This document shows positions 25,653 through 38,511 of a stretch of 64,000 nt of DNA, piece after piece. Origin of the DNA: Mobula hypostoma. Its lineage: Eukaryota. Where the stretch lies: the NCBI RefSeq assembly GCF_963921235.1, contig NC_086108.1, positions 90,646,001 through 90,710,000 of the forward strand, given 5' to 3'. The first letter of the stretch is position 1, and each line of letters opens with the position of its first letter. The notes under the pieces were generated by a model. That model did no database searches, was not told the origin of the DNA, and was given only the letters and a program-made list of their open reading frames with translations. The translations under genes were made by a program, and so were the position numbers.

Positions 25653-26074
25653 TTGATTAGTTTACTGTATAAGGTAAATGACATGCGGTGATTGTTTTCC
25701 TCACTGACCTATTGAAGAAGCAGAAGACCTGAAAATAAAGGAGGAGGAAGAGACAGTGTGTTATGCAGCACTGAAACAGGCCCCGTTGCCCACAATACAC
25801 ATGGTGCCCTTGTGCCTATTAATATTAATCCTGTTTATCCGCATTGTTTCTGCTACGCTCTGCAGTGCCTGCATACTTGTGTTATTTTCTGGTTCACTTC
25901 CAGTCACTCTAACCTCTCTGCTCCATCATGCACTCACCCCTTCTGGTCCTTTTGAGGTCTGCGTTGCCTTCACCCTTCATATTTGCTGGACTAGTGCCCT
26001 GATGTGTCCCTCTCAGGTCTGCCTGAGCTTTATCAGTCTAACCAGAGACACCACACACACCCGGCTACTCCCTG

Positions 26075-26441
26075 TGTGACCCGCTGCCCTCCAGCAAAAG
26101 GTTCAGGACACTAAAAGCCAGGACTAATAGACAGAGGAACAGCTTCTATCCCAGAGCTGTGGCCTCCATCACACCACTCCCACAGAACAATGACTGAAAC
26201 TGTGAGCACACACATGCACACACAGGACTCAAATACTTGCACTAACGGCACTTTGTGCATTACTGTGATATTCTGGTACTGCTGCAACTTATTTTCTGCT
26301 ACTTATCTATTTAATACTGTTTTTCTATTACTGTCTTGTTTTAATCTACCGCTTTATTTAATTGCCTGAGAGGAAGCCAAACACAGTTTCATTGTACCTA
26401 TGTACGATGACAATAAAGATCATTCAATTCAGTTCAATTCA
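26075..26441 (+). mobile_element. Rex1-like LINE 3' end (different subfamily)
   Basis: LPSSKRFRTLKARTNRQRNSFYPRAV, AATAAA and an (ATTCA)n tail. Confidence 0.65.
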
Positions 26442-28336
26442 CTTGGTGGTCTGCCTGAATCCACACTATGGTCTCCCTTTAAGGTCTAATTTTCTTTCTA
26501 ACCTGCTCATGCTTCCCCCTAATGGCTGCGCTGAGTTGTCAGACAGCACCTTTTCACATTGCGTGCTCCACTTCCAATCACCCTGCTCTCCTTTCTTCAC
26601 CCTCCGATCATTACTGTTGTCCCCTTCGCGCTGTTCATCTTATTCCTGATTCACCTTATGCAGTCCACTAGGTCTCCTACCTTTCAGGTCCTCTTGGCCA
26701 TCGCCCTTTCAGGTCACTTGTGCACCACCTTGAAGTCTCCCTTTCAGGTCAGCTTGAGCTGCAGCCTGTCGGTTCCCTTTCAACAGAAATGTGTTTTCCT
26801 TTATAAGATCATAGAAGAAAATATTTTGAATGAAATGTAGTGAGTAAAACAGCAAAAGGTTGTGTTAAGTCACATGTTGGGAAATCATCCTAATGATTCT
26901 ATTGTTAAACAGTTGTTCAGATGCTCTGGCTTCACCTGCTAAGAAGTAATTGTGTACGTGTCCAATAATCTCAAAATGCTGCTGCTTTTCTCAAATTTGT
27001 GTGTGGTTGATATTGCCGGTAGATTGACATCACTGATGCGCTGTGATTAGTTTAAACAAGATGGAAACTGCTGACACCATGACTGATAGGTGCATATTGC
27101 ATTCATCTAAGTTTATTGCTCAACTTTAATGGGGGCTTTCTTTAATTAAAATAAACTGTTTACAGGTTGTTAATTCAACAACCCATGCCCATAAAACTAA
27201 AGGCCTGGCTGTTAATGACTCGGGTGATTAAAATGTGGTGAGTACACATCAGAAAGTTGAAGCACTGGAGGAGATATCAGTGATAGGGAGGGAGAAGAAA
27301 AAGAATTTAGAACAAGATAGAGGGACTTGAAAAGAAAGATGAGATTATAAAAATGCTTAATTGGTGGTCATCGTTGGTCAGTAAGAATGTGTGGCGGCCC
27401 AGTTAGGACAGAGATATAGGTGTTTTGGATGTCTTTACAGATGTAGAACAAGGTTGCCTGCCTGGGCTACACCAGACGATAACCAAAAAGGATTGGCACA
27501 AGTCAGAGTGCCAGCAGCAGAGAGACAGAAAGTAGCAATGTTACACTGCTGGCGGGAGCTGTTCATTTGGACATGAGGTCTTATCTTGTCGGATTCAAGT
27601 GGGTTAAGAAGATATTGAACTTTCATGCTCAGCTCGGCCTCAGACTGTGGACAGGGTCAGTGTAAGGGGTTACTGGTTTACCATAAGATTTAGAAACAGT
27701 ATTAGGACATTCATCCCTTCAAGCCTTGGCTGGAAATGAAGTCATGGGGCTGATCTGACCTACACCCAAATCTCAAGGGCTCACCAATATTTTCAAGCCC
27801 AGTGACCTGCAGGCCTCATTTCTCAGCTGTGTTGTGAGGTGGAGTGGGTTGAGAGTGGCAGTGAAGTGTCTGTTTTGGCGTCCTGTGGTCCCTGACACTC
27901 CAGCAATATTAAAAATTGGTGAAGTTGTTTGAATAATCTAAAAAGATGCTGATGATTAAAACATTAAACATAAAAGCCATGAATGAATATAAATCACTTC
28001 ATATAAATATAAATCACTTTATATGTGTAAGTTTAATTGAAATTTGAGTTAGAATTGGTTTATTATTAGCACACGTACTAAAGTACAGTGAAAAACTTGT
28101 CTTGCCTTTTGTTCGTGCAGGTTAATTCATTACACATCGAGGTAGTACAAAGTAAGCAAAAACAGAATGCAGGATAAAGTGTAACGGTAAACTGTGTGGA
28201 GAAGATACAGTGCAGGTCGATCATATGGTGCAAGATCATAATGACATACATATTATGAGGTTAAGAGTCCATTTTATCATACTAGAGAACCATTATAACA
28301 ACAGGGGAGACGCTGTCCTTGAACCTGGTTACTACA

Positions 28337-29160
28337 CTGGGCTGAGAAGTGGCAGATGGAGTTTAACCAGACAAGTGTGAGGTGCTTCATTTTGGTAGGT
28401 CAAATATGATGGCAGAATATAGTATTAATGGTAAGACTCTTGGCAGTGTGGAGGATCAGAGGGATCTTGGGGTCCGAGTCCACAGGACATCAAAGCTGCT
28501 ATGCAGGTTGACTCTGTGGTTAAGAAGGCATACGGTGCATTGGCCTTCATCAAGCGTGGGATTGAGTTTAAGAGCCGAGACGTAATATTGCAACTATATA
28601 GGACCCTGGTCAGACCCCACTTGGAGTACTGTGCTCAATTCTGGTCGCCTCACTACAGGAGGGATGTGGAAACCATAGTAGGGTGCAGAGGAGATTTACA
28701 AGGATGTTGCCTGGATTGGGGAGCGTGCCTTATGAGAATAGGTTGAGTGAACTCGGCCTTTTCTCCTTGGAGCGACGGAGGATGAGAAATGACCTGATAG
28801 AGGTGTTCAAGATAATGAGAGCAATTGATAGTGTGAAGAGACAGAGGCTTTTCCCCAGGGCTGAAATGACTAGCACGAGAGGGCATAGTTTTAAGGTGCT
28901 TGGATGTAGGTGCAGTGGAGATGTCAGGGGTAAGCTTTTATGCAGAGAGTGGTGAGTGTGTGGAATGGGCTGCCGGCGGCGGTGGTGGAGGCTCAAACAA
29001 TAATAGGGTCTTTTAAGAGACTCCTGGTTGGCTACATGGAGCTTAGAAAAATAGAGGGCTATGGGTAAAGCCTAGGTCGTTCTAAGGTAGGGACATGTTC
29101 GGCACAACTTTGTGGGCCGAAGGGCCTGTATTGTGCTGTAGGTTTTCTATGTTTCTGTGT
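28337..29160 (+). mobile_element. CR1 LINE 3' fragment
   Basis: LYRTLVRPHLEYCAQFWSP; CR1 3' UTR and tail. Confidence 0.9.
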
Positions 29161-30489
29161 GCTTTCAGGCTTTTGTATCTTTGGATGGGAAAGGGGAGAA
29201 GAGAGAATGGCCTTTATAACATAAATAAGGTATTAAGTACAGAAAATAAACTTTCAAAAAAATGCTAACCTTAACTTTTCAATGATGACCAACGATTGCA
29301 TTCTAAAGAATGGAGCCATGTCAGAGACACAAAGTGAATCTACCCTCTCAAATCAATACATTTATGAAGTGTCACTGGACTCATTGGTGAGCCTGGGGCT
29401 TTGCAAGAGGTCAGGCATGTTCCAGCTGGACTTGCTGGTGGTTGGCTACAGAATTGTCAGTTAGCAATCATTATACAGCTGGCCAATGGCTTTGGTTTTC
29501 CCAGTATTTAGCTGGAGGCAATTTCCAACCCTCCGCTACTAGGTGTTGGGCAAGCTGCCTGACAATTTAGAGGCAGCAGAGGGTCAAATAAGTTATAACT
29601 ATTATGCATTGATATTGTAATAATCGCCATATGCAATATATAAACTTTGACGGTAACACTTCACAAAGCAAATGCTAGGAAAAGACCTGATTAGTTTGTG
29701 TCAATTTTTTTTAATACTTTCTGCAACGACAGCAGAATTTCTACTGTTCAGAAAGCTGTGCACATTTAAACGAAGTTCATAATATAGTACGGTCTCAATA
29801 AAAACACCACGCATGAATTTTGCAGTAGTTTCTGGCAGGATTGAATATATTCATCCAGTTTATTATTGGTTATACTTGTGTTATTGATGGCTGACAAGAA
29901 AAGATAGCTTTCTGCAGGACGTGCTGACATTACGTGTGATGGAGTACCTTACACCAAAAGCAGTGATAGTATTAATGACAACTGTAAGGTGCTGTTATTG
30001 CAGTCGTGGTGCTTTTGACAGTGAGCGTCTGTCACCTAATACCGGTAAAGTAGTGATGATTGTGGTGCCTTTTGTACAGTCAATCCGCCTGCCTGATAAA
30101 TGTCAGATTCAGTATTAGAAATATAGACTTACATAAAGAAAGAAGATTAGGCTTATAATAGGTGTCACAGTTGTGATAAATCCAACAGCAAAATGATTAG
30201 TGTTTAGAGAACAACTATCTGGACAATGTACAACTTCAGTCACTTGTGTTAAGGACTGTATTTCGTTTAAAATTTAGGAATAAGGCGTCCCGATTTCACT
30301 TCTTGTTTCAAATAATTAAATTTGTTTCTTTATACTTGGTTTGCTAATTGTTCCTTTTTGTGACTATATTGTAAGAAGGTTGCCATCTACATGTGTCACT
30401 GCATCCAAGCCTCCTGAGCCTGCAGTGCACTGAACCAGACATCTTACTGCATCAAGGAGCATAGAAGATGCATGCCTTTGGGTCACCTG

Positions 30490-30862
30490 GAGAAATTGGC
30501 GGTAGCAGAACATTGCATACACAATGAACACAGGATTTACTTTAACGGCACAAAACAACTCGGCTATGCTTATGAGTTTTGGGACCGCTTGGTGAAGAAA
30601 GCCATTGAATAAGAGTAGAGAATAAGAGTTTCAACAAAGACAAAGGTTTTACTCTAAATAAGAACTGGAATACGATTTTAAACAGGGCAGGGCAGTGAAA
30701 ACCAGCTTGGTTAAGGAATGGATGACGAAAGTTAACTACATATACCACTGGATTAGACAGGCCTAGGCATCATCCCCGATGAAGATGGTGGAGTTTGTCA
30801 TCAAAATGTTGGTTAAAATAAATTCCTGGACCCAGCTGCTGGAAGCCTGAGAAGAGTTTATG
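30490..30862 (+). mobile_element. Penelope-like 3' remnant, second family
   Basis: FWDRLVKKAIE-like GIY-YIG tail; homologous to 36317-36720; degenerate hammerhead at 30772-30814. Confidence 0.7.
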
Positions 30863-31004
30863 CATCTTACTGCTTTGCTGCCTTACTAATTTGAGAAAAA
30901 AGGGTCCGACATAACAGGTAGACTGGCAGGAATTTTTATAACTAACGGCACAAGGTTGTATGGCATCCTCATAGTGAACTGTGGAGCCATTCACAACTTT
31001 TAGG

Positions 31005-31570
31005 CCTTCTGCAGGTCAGGGTCAATCATCGATATTAGATCCTAGCTGTTTATGTGATATGCAACCTAGGACAGTATGATATGGAGAGCAAGCTATTGCC
31101 TATGTAGCAGTCTCCCCCGCCTTCTCCACACAGCTGATAAACCAGAAAGAATGGTAGAGACTGGTACAGTTTGGCACCAGTGGCGCTGCAGGAGTTGCCA
31201 GTCAGTGTTGAACTCAACATGGGACTGCTTTAGGGACTCCAGCTCTGGATGTTTCCTTGGGATTTACTTCCAAAGCCTTTCTATGAATAGATATAGCTGC
31301 AAGGCAGAGGAGGTTTGAGGTCAGACCTTTCCTTTTCTGAGTTGCCAACCACGGCTAATGAAGCCCATCTGCCCAAAAGCAACTGAATTTAAGGTGCCAA
31401 TAACCTGCTTTTGCCCTTTCTTCTGTCAGTAGAAACAGTTCTGCAAGGCTTACCAAGGCTTAATATTGGCCAGGAGATGGACTTGATTATTAGAGGCTAT
31501 TTGAGACTGATGCCATTGCACGCATGTAATAGGTAGCAGGAGCTCATCCCCACTGTCATCTGCGTTAAGG
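31005..31570 (-). mobile_element. Probable RTE-related non-coding element
   Basis: The reverse complement of 31081-31140 aligns by eye with the SINE domain at 17054-17110. The RTE assignment is inference. Confidence 0.4.
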
Positions 31571-31714
31571 AACCAACTCACAACCATCATATCTACCCAT
31601 ATGTGAAGCACTAAGTATATGCTTGAATTTCAAAACCTTTAGTGAGACTGGAAGGCTTTCTTTTGAGACTGGCATCCTACCTAAGGACAGGCAGAAATCC
31701 TAGCATATACTGTA

Positions 31715-32440
31715 CACTCAGTGGCCACTTTATTAGGTACACCTGCTCATTAATGCAAATATCTAATTGGCCAAATCATGACCATTTTGATTAAGTTGCA
31801 CTTAAAGTGGACTTAATTTCTTTTGTTCTAATTGTATTCTTTCTGATAAAAATAGTGAATAATTTATGCTTGTTTTTCTTTTGAATGGTGCTTGCACACT
31901 CAGTAGCCACCTGTTTGTAAATGAAAATATCTAATCAGCCAATAATGTGGTAGCAACTCAATGCATAAAAGTATGCAGATATGGTCAAGAGATTCAGTTC
32001 TTTTTCAGACCAGACATTAGAATGGGGAAGAAATGGATCTGAGTGACTTTGACTGGAATGATTATTGGTGTCACATGGGGTGGTTTGAGTATCTCAGAAA
32101 CTGCTGATCTGAAGGCATTTTCACACACAACAGTCTCTAGTGTTTACAGAGAATGGTGCAAATCAAAAAAAAAAATCCAGTGGGCGGCAGTTCTTTGGGT
32201 GAAAACTGCTTTTGAGTGAGAGAAGACCAGAGGGGAATGGCCAGACTGGTTCAAGCTGATGGGAAAATGACAGTAACTTAGTAACCATGCATTTCAACAG
32301 CGGTGTGTAGAAGAGCACCTCTGATGCACAACATGTCAAAACTTGAAGTGGAGGGGCTACAGTGTCAGAAGCCCACAAATATACACTCAGTAGCCACTTT
32401 ATTAGGAACAGGAGATACCTAATAATATGGCCACTGAGTG
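31715..32440. mobile_element. Tc1-derived MITE
   Basis: TA-flanked TIR CACTCAGTGGCCA, with internal direct copies of the TIR. Confidence 0.85.
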
Positions 32441-32899
32441 TATACTGTATATGTGAAGCACTAAATTTCTGTTTGAATTTGGGAAAGCATTAGGAAGACT
32501 GGCGACCTACTCAATATCAGGCAGCAATCCAAATTCATATAATCACAAGTTTTCAGGAACCTTGTTAATGATCAGAGGGATATAGGGGTTAAAGTCCATC
32601 GATCCCTGAAAATGGCAACTAAGGGAGAGAGGGCGGTGAAGAAAGCAGACAGTAGTGTATATATGCTTGCATAGAATATAAGGGTTGGGGGATTGTGTTG
32701 CAACTTTACAAAACACTGGTAAGGCTACACCCAAAGTATTGCATGTAGTTCTGCTCACCACAGTGTAGGAAGAATGTGGTTGCATGGAAGAGAGTGCAGA
32801 GGAGATTCACCTGAATTTGCACAGATTGATGGATGAAAAATTGCTTGGGCTGGGCCTGTGTTTTCTGGAATGAAGGAAGTTGAGATGTGACTTGATATT

Positions 32900-35380
32900 A
32901 GCAGAATCAGAATCAGAATCAGTTTTAATATCACTGGCATATGTCATGAAATATGTTGTCTTGCAGCAACAGTACATTGCCTTAAGGAATATATATATGT
33001 AATTTAAAAAGTTGCGCAAAAAGTGAACAAAAAATAATAGCGAGGTAGTGTACATGGATTCATTGTCCGTTCACGAATCTGATGGTGGTGGGAAGCAGCT
33101 GTTCCTGAAATGTTGAATGTAAGTCTTCAGGCTCCTGCACCTACTCCTTGATGGTAGCAATGAGAAGGGGGCATGTGCTGGGTGATGGAGGTCCTTGATG
33201 ATGGATGCCACCTTTTTGAGGCATCACCTTTTTTGATGCCAGGGAGGCTAATGGCCATGTTGGAGCTGGCTGAGTTTGCAACTTTTTGAAGCTTTTTCCA
33301 ATCCTCTGCAGTGCCCCCCCCCCATACCAGATGGTGATGCAGCCAGTTAAAAAGCTGTCCATGGTACATCTGTAGAAATATGTGAGTGTCTTTGGCATTA
33401 TGCCAGGTCTCCTCAAACTCCCAATGAAGTACTACTGTTATCGTGCCTTCTTTTTAATTGCATCAATATGTTGGGCCCATGAATACTTTGCTTCAGTATT
33501 CACAAGTGAAAAGGACCTTGATCAGGGTGAGGTCGAAATGGAAGAGGCCTGTGTGCTGGATAATGTGGAGATTAAGGAAGAAGAAGTGTTGGGTCTTATA
33601 AGTTCCCAGGGCCGGACGTGATATATCCCAGGTTGCTGTGGGAAGTGAGAGAAGAGATCGCTGGAGCAGTAGCTATGATCTTTGAATCCTCTTTAGCTGC
33701 AGAGGAGGTGCCGGAGGATTGGAGAATGGCAAATGTAGTTCCCTTGTTTAAAAAAGGTAATGGGGGAATCCTGGGAACTATAGACCGGTGAGTCTTACGT
33801 CGGTGGTCTGCAAACTATTGGAAAGGATTCCTAAGAATAGGATTTACTAGCACTTGGAGAAGTACAGTCTACTGGAGGATAGTCAACATGGCTTTGTGAA
33901 GGGAAGGTCGTGCCTCACGAGCCTAATTGAGTTTTTTGAAGAGGTAACAAAAGAAATTGATGAGGGTAGGGTGGTAGATGTGGTCTATATGAATTTTAGC
34001 AAGGCATTTGACAAGGTCCCCCATGAGAGACTCATCCAGAAAGTCATGAGGCATGGGATCAGTGGAACCTTGGCTGTTTGGATAAAAAATTGGCTTAAAG
34101 GAAGTAAACAGAGGGTAGTGGAAGGAAAGTATTCTGCCTGGAGGTCAGTGACTAGTGGAGTGCGGCAAGGATCTGTCCTGGGACCCCTGCTGTTTGTGAT
34201 TTTTATAAATGAACTGGATGAAGAGGCAGAAGGATGGGTGAGTAAGTTTGTGGATGACACAACGATTGGAGGAGTTGTGGATGGAGGTGTAGGTTGTTGA
34301 AGGTTACAAGAGGATTTCGACAGGATGCAGAGTTGGGTGGAAAAGTGGCAGATGGGGTTCAATCCGGATAAGTGTGAGGTGATGCATTTTGGAAGGACAA
34401 AGTAGAAGACTGAGTACAGGGTTAATGGTCGGATACTTAAGAGTGTGGATGAACAGAGGGACCTTGGGGTTCAAATCCATACATTAGAGAGGTCATGTTG
34501 CAACTCTACAAACCTCTGGTGAGACTACACTTAGAGTATTGTGTCCAGTTCTGGTCACCTCATTATAGGAAGGATGTGGAAGCTATGAAAAGGGTGCAGA
34601 GGAGATTTACCAGGACGTTGCCTGGATTGGAAAACAAGTCTTATTAGGAAAGGTTAGCAGAGCTGGGACTTTTCTCTTTGGAGCATAGAAGGATGAGAGG
34701 GGACTTGATAGAGGTCTACAAGGTTATAAGAGGCATAGATAGGGTGGATAGCCAGTACCTGTTTCCCAGGACACGAATAGCAAACACCAGAGGGCATATG
34801 TACAAAGTTAAGGGAGGGAAGTTTTGGGGAGACATCAGGGGTAAGTTTTTTACACAGAAGGTTGTGGGTGCCTGGATTGGCTTTCCAGGGATGGTGGTGG
34901 AGGCTAAAGCATTAGAGGTATTTAAGAGCCTCTTGGACAGGCACATGGATGAAAGAAAAATAGAGGGTTACGGGGTAGTGTGGGTTTAGTACGTTTTTTT
35001 TTAAAGGACTATATGGGTTGGCACAACATCGAGGGCCGAAGGGCCTGTACTGTGCTGTAGTATTCTAGTGTCTAGTGTGTAATGATAGATCTTCAATGAT
35101 TTTGACACCCAAGAACTTGAAACTGCTCTTCCGTTCCATTGCTGACTCATCGATGAGGACTGGTGAATGGTACCTGAATTTTCCCTTCCTGAACACCACA
35201 ATCAATCCCTTGGTCTTACTGCCGTTGAGCGCAAGGTTATTGCAGTGACACCACTCAACCAACTGATCTGTCTAGCTCCTGTATGCCTTCTCGTCACTAT
35301 CTGATATTCTGTGAGCAATAGAGCAATAATTGATAAGTTTATAGATGGCATTTAAGCTGTGCCTAGCCACATAGTATAAA
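32900..35380 (-). mobile_element. Rex1/Babar-like LINE remnant split by a CR1 insertion
   Basis: FYRCTMDSFLTGCITIWYG on the left and WCHCNNLALN...FKFLGVKI on the right of the CR1; (AGAATC)n tail. Confidence 0.75.
33479..35080 (+). mobile_element. CR1 LINE RT/3' fragment
   Basis: [37 protein letters not shown]; tctagtg tail. Confidence 0.92.
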
Positions 35381-36041
35381 GAATGTTAGAGGCATAAAAA
35401 GGCTAGGTAGTAACAATTTTTCCCCATGGTGTGGGTTTCATAAACAAGAGGGCATGGATTTATGTTATGAAGAAGGAATTTTCAAGACAATCTGCGTGGT
35501 AATTTTTTTTACACAGAGACTGGTGGAGCTGGTTCAATCAGATACAATCATTCTGTTTAAGTGGCACTTCATCACTTAAATAGACAAGGGGGAGAAGGAA
35601 TCAGTCTAAATTTGGGCAAATGGGATGAGAGTAGATGAGCAATAAAGTTGGCATGGATGTGATGGGTCAAAATGACAGTTTGTGTGTCATAAGAATTTAT
35701 AGCTCATTAATCCTAATTAGCCCTCTCTCTAAGATCAATAAATTGCCTTGCTCTTATGAAAAGAGTATTTGATGCAAATTATCTGATAAAATGTCATGTT
35801 ACTCTCATGCTGTACAAACAGCATTGTATACAATTATTTGTTTCTGTAATGAAACAAGACGGTAAAGATTAACTTTATTTGTCATATGTACATTAAAAAT
35901 GTGCCATTTGCGTCAATGACCATCGCAGTCTGAGGATTGAGCTGAGAAGAACTGCAAGTGTCACCAGGCTTCTGGCACCAGCATAGCATACCCACAACTT
36001 ATGAACCCTTATTAACCTTTTCCAGTGTATATATGATCAAT

Positions 36042-36304
36042 GGACACAGCTGGTGGCATAGTGGCATCGGTACCGGACTTAGGGACGAAAGATCCCGAGT
36101 TCGAATCCAGCCGGCTCCCCTCACGCTTTCCATCTGTGCTGGGTTATGAGCTGGTGATCTCTTTGGAAACTCACTCGGCAGAAGGCAATGGCAAACCACT
36201 GCTGTAACTTGCCTCGTACGCGGTTCCCCACTACGTCAGAGAGGCGTGGAAGGAAATTGTCCGCTAACCGGAGAAACTCCAGATGCAACGTACCTTTTCT
36301 TTTT
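36042..36304 (+). mobile_element. tRNA-derived SINE with RTE-type motif
   Basis: A box TGGCATAGTGG, B box GAGTTCGAATCC, GAAGGCAATGGCAAACCAC motif; 12-bp TSD TATATG(A/T)TCAAT. Confidence 0.8.
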
Positions 36305-36316
36305 TATATGTTCAAT

Positions 36317-36720
36317 AAACTCTTCTCGGGCTTCCAGCCGGATGTAGCTAATCGATTTTAACCAACGTTTCGATGACAATCTCTGTCATCTTCATCAGGG
36401 ATGATGCCTGGGCAAGTCTAGTCTGGTAGTATTTATATTCCCGTAGTCTATCCCTCCTGATTGGTTAGTCCTCATCCAATCAGGTTGGCAATGTCCAATC
36501 TTATTTGCAATCAAATTCCAGTTCTTACATAAAGCAAGATCTTCGTCTTTGTTAAAATTCTTTTCCTCTAGTTTTATTTCAATGGCTTCCGTCACCAGGC
36601 GGTCCCAAAAACCATTGGCATGGCACAGGGGTTTTTTGCCGTCTAAGTCAATACTATGGCTATTGCAAATGATTAGCGGCAGCATAATATTCTTCTGCCA
36701 ACACAATGTTCATATCCTTC
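36317..36720 (-). mobile_element. Penelope-like 3' part, second family
   Basis: ORF 36395-36706 includes RLVTEAIEIKLEEKNFNKDED (GIY-YIG C-terminus), followed by a hammerhead. Confidence 0.8.
36360..36402 (-). ncRNA. Minimal type I hammerhead ribozyme, intact core
   Basis: ATCC-CTGATGA-A-GATGACA-gagat-TGTCATC-GAAA-CGTT-GGTT; perfect 7-bp stem II. Confidence 0.8.
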
Positions 36721-36775
36721 CATTTTACTCTCATTTGTGTGCCTATGTAAACATCTCTGAGAAGTCCTTGATGTA

Positions 36776-36967
36776 CAGCTCTATAAAATGTATTCACCCC
36801 CATTGGATGTTTTCATGTTTTATTGATTTACAACATTGAATCACAGTGGATTTAATTTGGCTTTTAATGACAGTGATCAACCAAAAAAGATGTTTTCATG
36901 TCAAAGTGAAAACAGATCTCCACAAAGTGATCTAAGTTAATTATAGATATAAAACACAAAATAATTA
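36776..36967 (+). mobile_element. Tc1 terminal fragment
   Basis: TA-CAG...aaatgtattcaccccc resembles the Tc1 TIR at 19395; no partner TIR found. Confidence 0.5.
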
Positions 36968-38330
36968 GACCATAAGGTCATAAGACATAGGAGCAGAATT
37001 AAGCCATTCACACATTGAATCTGCTCTGCAATTCCAGCATGGCTGATTCCGGATCCCACTCAATCCCATACACCTGCCTTCTCACCATATCATTTTATGT
37101 CCTGCCCGATTAGGAATCGATTAACTTCCATCTTAATTATACCCATGGACTTGGCCTCCACCGCAGTCTGTGGCAAAGCATTCCACAGATTCACCATTTT
37201 CTGGCTAAAATAAATTCTTCTTTACCTCTGTTTTAAAGGATCGCCCCTCAATTTTGAGGCTGTGCCCTCTAGTTCTGGATACCTTCACCATAAGAAACCC
37301 TATCAAGTCCTTTCAACATTCCACACCAACCCTATCTAATCCTTTCAACATTTGGTAGGTTTCAATGAGTTCCCCTCACACTTTTCTAAATTCCAGTGAG
37401 TACAAGCCCAAAGCTGTCAAACAACCCTCATATGTAAGCCCCTGCTCTCCGGGAATTATCCTCATGAACCTCCTCTGGACTCTCTCCAATGACAACACAT
37501 CCTTTCTGAGATACGGGGCCCAAAACTGTTGACAATTCTCCAAGTGCAGCCTGGCTAGTGTCTTACAAAGGCTCAGCATTATCTCCTTGCTTTTATATTA
37601 TATTCTCCCTAAAATAAGTGCCAACTTTGCATTTCCCTTCCTTACCACAGACTCAACCTCTAAGTTAGCCTTCTGAGAGTCTTTCACGAGGTCCCCTAAG
37701 TCCCTCTGCACCTCTGATGTTTGAACTTTCTCCCTATTTAAATAATAGTCTGCACTATTGTTCCTTTTCCAAAATGCATTGTCATGCATTTCCCAACACT
37801 CTATTCCATCTGTCATTTTTTTTCCCATTCTTCTAATTTGTCTGAGTCATGCTGACTTTGACTTGTTTTATCATTAGTCTGCAAGTACCTTGAAACCTCA
37901 TCCTTAATAATAGACTCCATCACTTTCCCAACCACTAAGGTTAGGCTAACTGGCCTATGATTTCCTTGCTTATGCCTTCTTAAAGAGTGGAGTGACATTT
38001 GCAATCTTCCAGTCATCCAGGGCCATGCCAGAGTCAAGTGATTCTTGAAAGATCCTGACCAATGCATTTGTTATCTCGTCAGCAACCTCTCTCAAACACC
38101 GTGATGTAATCCATCAGGCCCAGGTGACTTATCCACCTTATGACCTTTGACTTTGCCTAGTACTTTTTCCTTTGTAATAGCAATGACACTCACTCCTGTT
38201 CCCTGACACTTATGGACCTCTGGCACACTGCTAGTGTCTTCCACAATGAAGGCAGATGCAAAGTACCCATTAAGTTCATCTGCCATTTCTTTGTCCCCTG
38301 CTACTATCTCACCGGCATCATTTTCCCACT
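36968..38330 (-). mobile_element. CR1 LINE fragment with internal deletion
   Basis: KSPGPDG and NHRPVSLT; SQHD is joined directly to DKLEEW; 3' UTR and tail present. Confidence 0.85.
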
Positions 38331-38413
38331 CACTTTTGTTGCCTTATATGCCCTTTCCTTGGACGAAGTCAGCATGGTTTCTGTAAAAGGAAATCTTGCG
38401 AGGAAGTAACAAA

Positions 38414-38511
38414 TCTTGACGAAGGGTCTCAGCCTGAAACGTCGACTGCACCTCTTCCTAGAGATGCTGCCTCGCCTGCTGCGTTCACCAGCAGCTTTGA
38501 TGTGTGTTGCT
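38414..38511 (+). mobile_element. Penelope pseudo-LTR fragment starting at its hammerhead
   Basis: TC-TTGACGA-AGG-gtctcag-CCT-GAAA-CGTC-GACTG at 38414-38448; the 5' strand of stem I is truncated. Confidence 0.75.

Noticed and set aside
25920..26775. Recurrent ccctttcaggtc motif in pyrimidine-rich sequence
   Set aside because: Few, irregular, diverged copies; no unit or function could be defined.
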